Assembly (NCBI GenBank): GCA_002633005.1
Contig: NMRA01000133.1
Location: 285,385 to 349,384, forward strand
Length of the DNA stretch: 64,000 nt
Reading direction: 5' to 3'
Source: Phoronis australis
Lineage: Eukaryota > Animalia > Phoronida
The notes beneath the pieces were generated by a model. The model ran no database searches. It was not told where the DNA came from and saw only the letters and a list, made by a program, of their open reading frames with translations. Shown piece by piece: positions 57,388 through 64,000 of the stretch. The translations under genes were made by a program, and so were the position numbers. The first letter of the stretch is position 1. Every line of letters begins with the position of its first letter.

Positions 57388-58184
57388 TTAAGCATAAGCT
57401 AACTGATGTGAGCTGCATGGCCGCGACTTGTATGCATTTTTCCAAATCATTGATAAGCAGACCGTCGAGTGGAAGTGATAGAATATACACAATGGGAGCG
57501 AGATCTGCAGGATTAGTGTCCAGATGAGATTTCCATAGAACGTCAGTTGTATTGGGTTTGCCTGCGACCGCAGACTACTGAATGTGTCCATGCCCCACAT
57601 GGCGGCGTTGCAGACGAGCAGGAACGTAACAAACTGCCTCCCGGGTTTTCCGATGTCTTGTTGACTGGGGTGTCGCCATAAGTGCAAACCGAACACGATG
57701 AACATTGTCTGTATGGAGGATTCGATGATAATGAGAAAGCCAGACACAAATATCAATGCACCTGCCGCAATGTCCATGCTGTATAGTCCCGCAACAATAC
57801 TAAAGATGGCGTGGACGTAAACTCCTGTGACAGAGATAAGCAGTAATACTTGCTCTAGAGTTATGTCTCGCTTTCTGTAGAAAAACAGTCTCAACATTCT
57901 TAAGATGGCCGCTAGACAAGCAATGGCTGCCAAGCTATATATTGTAATCTCAGTTATGTGTGCCAGCACAATAGCAATGTGAACGTAGTCTGGTTTTTCG
58001 ACAAGCACAAAAAACACAATCATAGTCACAATGGCTGCCACCAAAACAAAAATTCCAACAAATAAACCACGATTGGTGCCTTGGCAGTCCCCTCTCAATA
58101 ACTGACCAGTCAGTTTCTGTCGGGTGTTGTCTACAGTATTTGAAACTGTCTTTCCAATATCTCGCCATGTAATGTACAGAATAC
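57388..58184 (-). CDS. Otopetrin terminal exon (C-terminal half, TM7-12)
   Basis: Long hydrophobic ORF with acceptor tggcag at 58185-58190. Confidence 0.92.
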
Positions 58185-61100
58185 CTGCCAACGGAAAGAT
58201 TAAGACGACTTAGTTAATGAATTGTTTATTTAATTAGTGAAACAGTTCATGATGAGCACATGTCAGATTAGGCTTCATAGGAGAAAAGCTAATCCAAATA
58301 TCATTATAACAAAATGCTGCATATCTCCATAGCCACAAGGGATAAAATAACGACCAGCGTTATTAAGTGTTTAACGTTACGTACGACTTAACAACAAGCC
58401 TGTGTACTTAGCCAAGTGTCTACAAAATTACAGATTTAACTTTTATGGAAAAGTAAATATTTTATGAAAATAGAAAGCCTGTAGAATTTAATAGTGACTT
58501 GATTCCAATCTGCCACAAATTGGGTCACAGGAAAATTTAGTAAAAAAGAAAAGTACAGTCATTACAAAACAATGGTATCAAGAACGTGACCAAATATTGT
58601 TTGATACAAATGTTCAAGATGAAATCCCAAAAACACTGTTTTCTAAATTATCATTTTATTTTACTTAGGAGTATATCATAGAAGTCCTATTTTTGACATC
58701 CCTTTGTCAAAAATGGAACATGTTAAAAACAATTATTCCTAACATAGTTTTAAAGAACAGTGTATAAAGCATAATATCTGAAAGTTTCGTATGAATTTGA
58801 TCAGCCATTTCTGAGGTACGATGTTCCAAAGTAAGCCAAATTTTGGATTTTTTATGGTCCAACTTTTTAAAAAGTTGTATCTCTAATCAACCAAAATGAT
58901 GATTCAAGTTCACCCATAGAAAACAATACAGAAGACCAGCAAAACATTATTTACCGAATGTCTTATGAAAGTCTAACCCTTTACTCACTTCATATTGAGT
59001 AACCTAGGAACCATCACGAAATATTTTGAAATGTGGGCATTCACAATGTTAGACGCCCTTGACAAGAAGGAGAAATTTGGCATGAATATAATTTGGGAAA
59101 ATATAATTTGGCAATAAAATTTGGCAATATAACATGGCAATACAATTTGGCAATATAATTTCAACCTGAAATTGCTGAGATTTTACATTTTACTATCTTG
59201 AAAATAAATGGCAGCACATTATTATATTTATCGTAATCTATTTTGCCCGGGGTACGCCACGAGCTATGTTGCAGAGTAAAAAGAGGAGGATTGAGAATAT
59301 TGTCATTTATTATGACGTAACGAAGGAAAGCAGGAACGAGAAGTGACAGAGCGTCGCACCCGAACGGAGTAAGGGTCAAAGGTCGAAAGGAAACGAAGAA
59401 ATGCAAACACAAAATGAAGAGAACGAACGTAGGTCTTGTAGATGACGAGGTAGGTGGCTGAATGAGAGACCACGTTGAACAGAACAAAGGAAATATGGGC
59501 GACCAATCAGGAGTCGCGTAGAGAAACGTATGAATACAAAAGTAGGCCCTAGAGGCTATAAATAGAGATGAGTAATGCAAAATAAACCCTAAGGACTAGT
59601 ATCAAAATAAGGAGACAAGTGTCAAAATAATGACGATAAATGCATTTAACAAGTNTTGATCAGCCATTTCTGAGGTACGATGTTCCAAAGTAAGCCAAAT
59701 TTTGGATTTTTTAGGGTCCAACTTTTTAAAAAGTTGTATCTCTAATCAATTAGAACTTGTACAACACTGAAGAATGTTATAAACTTGCAACCAAAATGAT
59801 GATTCAAGTTCACCCATAGAAAACAATACAGAAGACCAGCAAAACATTATTTACCGAATGTCTTACGAAAGTCTAACCCTTTACTCACTTCATATTGAGT
59901 AACCTAGGAACCATCACGAAATATTTTGAAATGTGGGCATTCACAATGTTAGACGCCCTTGACAAGAAGGAGAAATTTGGCAATATAATTTGGGAAAATA
60001 TAATTTGGCAATAAAATTTGGCAATATAACATGGCAATACAATTTGGCAATATAATTTCAACCTGAAATTGCTGAGATTTTACATTTTACTATCTTGAAA
60101 AATAAATGGCAGCATATTATTATATAAAGTGATGATAGAACTTATTTGTCACCATCATTATTTTGTTTGCCATTTTGGCAGCAGTAAAGACAGACAAGAC
60201 ACACAAGTTACTAAACACTAAATTTGCAGTCAATAGAAAACGAGTACCACATCAAACAGAATAAATTGAAGCATATTTTGACACCCATGGTACAGCAAAA
60301 CTAGCAGCCATCTTTATTTTATCGGCCATCTTACCTGCAGCAATAAGGCTGTAGCAGACAGTGCAAGGATAAAGATAAGGGCTAGCTTGGTTCACGATGT
60401 TATGCATAATATTGCGAATCTCACAATCCAGAGATGAATTTGTGACATCTAAAAGAGTAAAAACATTACAACTCAACTTCAGACATAAAACCCAGTGATG
60501 TAGCTGAGGGGGGAGGCGTTTTTGCCCTGTGCACTGCAGTGACAGCTTGGCAGTGACAGGAATACGGGGCGAAAGAAAAGGGAGGGTAAGAATGCTCAGT
60601 TAATATTTGCCCTGGCTGGTCATGACCCTAGCTATGTCACTGATAACCCCAGCTATTTATTAAGAATGAGCTGTATTAGGAATCGTTTGCAATTACGGCC
60701 ATCTTTACAACTGTAGAAAACGTACAGTTTCGGAAAGAAGTGGAATGGAGCTGAACTTGCTACGAACAAATGTTTGATTCCTAAAATGGTGACATGAAGG
60801 AACAAAACTTTCATTCTTCATTTATTGACTTTTCACACAATAAATACATGGCAAGTTTATACGAAAATAATTGTTTAATGCAACACATGACGAACAGATA
60901 AACAAAAGCATTGATCTTGAAAACATATGGTATACGTAAATAATCACAGTTTTCGTACTTCTGAGGTGGGTTTGGGAAAAGCAGTACCTTTTGTGCACAA
61001 GTAAAACTGGCAATAATTGTGAATGTACCTTAACTGCCATATTCTATGAATTGAACACATCATTTACCTCAAAAATTACGAATAAAAACCTGCTAATTAT

Positions 61101-63546
61101 TGTGCATTGACTTACTTTGACTTAGTACAATATCAGGATTCACTGGATAGAGTGTGGTCAGGTGACGATCGGTTTCCTTCACGACATTCCGCAACCACAC
61201 ACAGATGTTAGCCGCGAACATATGCATGAGCCCGAATCTAGCCAGAATATGGTACTTGTATATACACATCTAGAATTATATTAAAGAATTATATAAACTT
61301 ACATGTAGATTACTCCTGATTCATTGACTACTTGCCAACAACTCAACAAAAGATATTGTAAACATTGATCAGTGGTCTGTTCAATGAAAAGTGACTTGAC
61401 ACTTAAGACAAAAATTTGGTCTTACGCTCCAAACAACTATTTCTGAAATATAATTTAATCGCGCTTGAACAAAAGTGCAAAGTCTTCGAGAGTATACACA
61501 TAACTGCTACTTACCAAGACAATTTCTATGAATTATTTCTAGACTGTGCTGCGCTCATAATTACTTGCCTAAACCTTTATTCACAAATTGTGAAGTGGGA
61601 GTATAAGATCAAAAGTTCTGTCTTAAGTCTTTAGTAACATTTTATGATGAAACAGACCCCAGTTTACCCAATAATGTGGCCAAAAAAGAGAATTTTATTA
61701 GATGAAACTTATCAAAAACAAAAAATAAGCATAAAAAATCAATATTGTTTTTAGCATTGTATGTAATGTACAGCAAGTGGTATGATTAAGACTGAATGTA
61801 AAGAATCTTGACACTGAATTCATGTAAGGGTGATTAAGCATGAATTATGAGTCAAGAAAGTTATACGTCTGCTTTAGACTTGTGACCTATATTTTTGAGC
61901 GCTCAAAATCACGTGCATAGATAAGATTATAATATAGGACCCTAGACTATGGCCAAATTTGACTAACTGCGGAGCATCATATCTCAGAAATGGTTGATCG
62001 GGTTGTAAGAAATTTTTATTTAGACACTCCAATTTATGCACAATCGTCCAAAATGCTGCGAGGAGTTGTAGCAGTTTTAAACTGACCCGCGTTTGCATGA
62101 GTGGCCATCAAAAGTAGGACTTTCATTACTTATAAAAAAATTGAAAACAAAGTGATAACTCTTGAAAATTGCTACGTTTTTGAGTTTTCATCTTGGACAT
62201 TTTACATCAAATGAAATTTTGTCATGTCATTGACACCGTTTTTTGGTATGATTGTACCTTCCTTTTTTACTAAAGTTTACTAAAAATACATGGTCACATG
62301 ACTAAATCAATGCCAGATTGGTGTACATTAAAAATCCCGTTTTATAGCCTTTCTGTTTTCAGAACAGAAATACTTTAAAATTTCTTCTTAAGTTAAATTT
62401 TAATTTTGTTTGATATTTGACTAATTCCACTGCCAAGCCAATAAAGTCCTACATAACCTAAGTTAGTTTCCCTCGTGTGACCAAACATTTACTATGTTCA
62501 AGAATAAAACATTTTATTTCAGCCTGACAAAAGATTTTTAAATTTATTTTTTTTGCAATATTACACCTATGCTGTCAAAATTAAACATGCAACTGACATA
62601 AGCACCCCATAAAATACAATGTTTTACCTACCTCCCCACTCAGATAGTATCTCAAACTAAAACAAATGAACATAATATTTCAAGGAGATGGTGTACGCAG
62701 TAAAAACAAAACTAAGCCTCAAATACAGCATCATAAAAACTGTAAGTACCCAAATCCTGAATGATTGGGCTAATCAAACCTGCCTTAGAATTGAAGAAGA
62801 TGAAATACATCTGGCAGAAGGTGAATACCAGGTGCATCATGGGACGGACCCCCAGCAGAGCACTGTTCACACAAGGCTTGTCGAAGTATTCACCAAACAA
62901 CAGACCATCGTGAATCATACTGCCGACGCCAAACCCTGAGAAGATGGAAAACATGACAATTGATCTTTGAAGGATTTTAAATTTTATTGAGTAATTAATT
63001 TAACAAAAATTTATATTTTAAAAGTACATAAGTATGCCACCTTTATCAGTCTGGGCACAATTAATGACTGTGAGCCATTCAATGACAGAGGGTGTCTAGT
63101 GGCCAATCACAGCCAGGGGATATGGTCACATGATGTGCATTGCACAGAGGTGTTTCTTCCGTGTTAATATGCCTATAAATGGCACGCATTGCACAAGTAG
63201 TCTTTACATCCATGTAACAATAACTTGAACAAAACCGAGAAAGTGGTGGCAAAGGAATAAATGAAAAATAAAAGATTGCGGTAGCGATTACAAGGATATA
63301 AAGATTACGTTATGCAACAGAACATGAGTTTGGACTCTTCTTACCTATTGCACCAAGTCTCAAGTAGAAGCTGCCTGTGTGCTGTCCTGATTGGTCGAGG
63401 GTGACCTTACTGACAGGTTGCTTGCTGAGGAATCGACGACGCTCGGGACTTGGTCCCGGAGAGCAACACGTCTTGTTACTGAGAAGGTACGTGTACACAT
63501 ACGCCAGGAACAGGACACCAACACCGTATAAATACAGATAGAAGCC
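57388..63546 (-). CDS. OTOP: Otopetrin-family proton channel, 3' five exons (5' end beyond the window); spliced gene span
   Basis: Minus-strand exons 63345-63546, 62784-62935, 61116-61269, 60335-60448, 57388-58184 with compatible phases. Otopetrin motifs: GSFYLRLGAIGFGVG, FTFCQMYFIF, ARFGLMHM..NICVW, YLYPC..YSLIAA, DC..TNRGLFVG, KPGRQFVTFLLVCN.AMW, PLCIFY.FHSTVCL. Confidence 0.92.
58797..60125. repeat. Duplicated segment of about 430-470 bp around a single N (59655); only the first copy is followed by an element of about 415 bp
   Basis: 58797-59227 versus 59656-60125. Confidence 0.85.
59226..59641 (-). mobile_element. Solo retroelement-terminus-like element; fragment also at about 36498-36595
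   Basis: Short inverted ends ATTTATCGTAAT / ATGACGATAAAT; contains GTCATAATAAATGAC on the minus strand, as in the 28860 element. Confidence 0.55.
60335..60448 (-). CDS. Otopetrin exon (loop plus TM6)
   Basis: ttttag|VTNSSLDCEIRNIMHNIVNQASPYLYPCTVCYSLIAA|gtaaga. Confidence 0.88.
61116..61269 (-). CDS. Otopetrin exon (TM5; not in the ORF track)
   Basis: ttctag|MCIYKYHILARFGLMHMFAANICVWLRNVVKETDRHLTTLYPVNPDIVLSQ|gtaagt. Confidence 0.9.
62784..62935 (-). CDS. Otopetrin exon (TM3-4), probable GC donor
   Basis: tctcag|FGVGSMIHDGLLFGEYFDKPCVNSALLGVRPMMHLVFTFCQMYFIFFNSK|gcaggt. Confidence 0.85.
63345..63546 (-). CDS. Otopetrin exon (TM2-3)
   Basis: ctgcag|GFYLYLYGVGVLFLAYVYTYLL...HTGSFYLRLGAI|gtaaga. 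Confidence 0.88.
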
Positions 63547-63810
63547 CTGCAGAAGAAAGCAGAAGGAGACGAGGAATGAAAGCTGTATTAGGCGCTACTT
63601 TGGAAAGTCAAAAAATGCCCAAGTTCAAGATTAATGAGAATACTGTCAAAAATAAAACCTATGAGCTTCATTCTGACCACAGTATAACCACAAAGTATTA
63701 AATTGCTTAATTTGAAGACAAATTTTTTGTTACACAAAATTAAAACAAACGAATCAAATCTCAATGGTGTAAATCAGGATGTCCTGAGGTAATAGTCATA
63801 TTATCACAGC

Positions 63811-63890
63811 AACACACACGCGTGTGTGCACACACACACACAGGCACGCACGCACACACACAGGCGCACACACACGCACACACACACGTA
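63811..63890. repeat. Imperfect (CA)n microsatellite
   Basis: Read directly from the sequence. Confidence 0.9.
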
Positions 63891-64000
63891 CAAACATACC
63901 GAACTACAATAGCTACAAATTAAAACAGACTTGACTGAGCTGAAACACCATGACCAATGAATTTGTTCTATAAACTAAAATCTAACCTCGAAGAAGTTAT

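Overview
AT-rich, intron-rich, repeat-rich eukaryotic DNA, most likely an invertebrate animal (the phylum cannot be determined), from a draft assembly with two N gaps (7728-8318, 33332-33615) and three single-N joins. It holds three spliced protein genes, which I reconstructed by hand from splice sites and reading phases. (A) The 3' part of a Tec/Btk-family tyrosine kinase (+, SH3-SH2-kinase, stop at 18212). (B) A tandem paralogue (+, 27383-51436, PH-SH3-SH2-kinase) with the same intron phases, no recognisable Btk zinc motif, an odd repeat-containing linker exon and a duplicated SH2 exon that is probably an assembly artefact. (C) The 3' five exons of an otopetrin proton channel (-, 57388-63546) with unusual substitutions at conserved residues and a likely GC-AG intron. 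Introns contain many non-autonomous mobile elements: pogo/Tc1-, Kolobok- and Helentron-like elements, tRNA-derived SINE-like heads, a Penelope-like remnant with a degenerate hammerhead, and possible tyrosine-recombinase retroelement ends. I found no CRISPR array or prokaryote-style system. The best novelty candidates are the divergent otopetrin and the rewired Tec paralogue. No database searches were possible, so family assignments rest on motif recognition.
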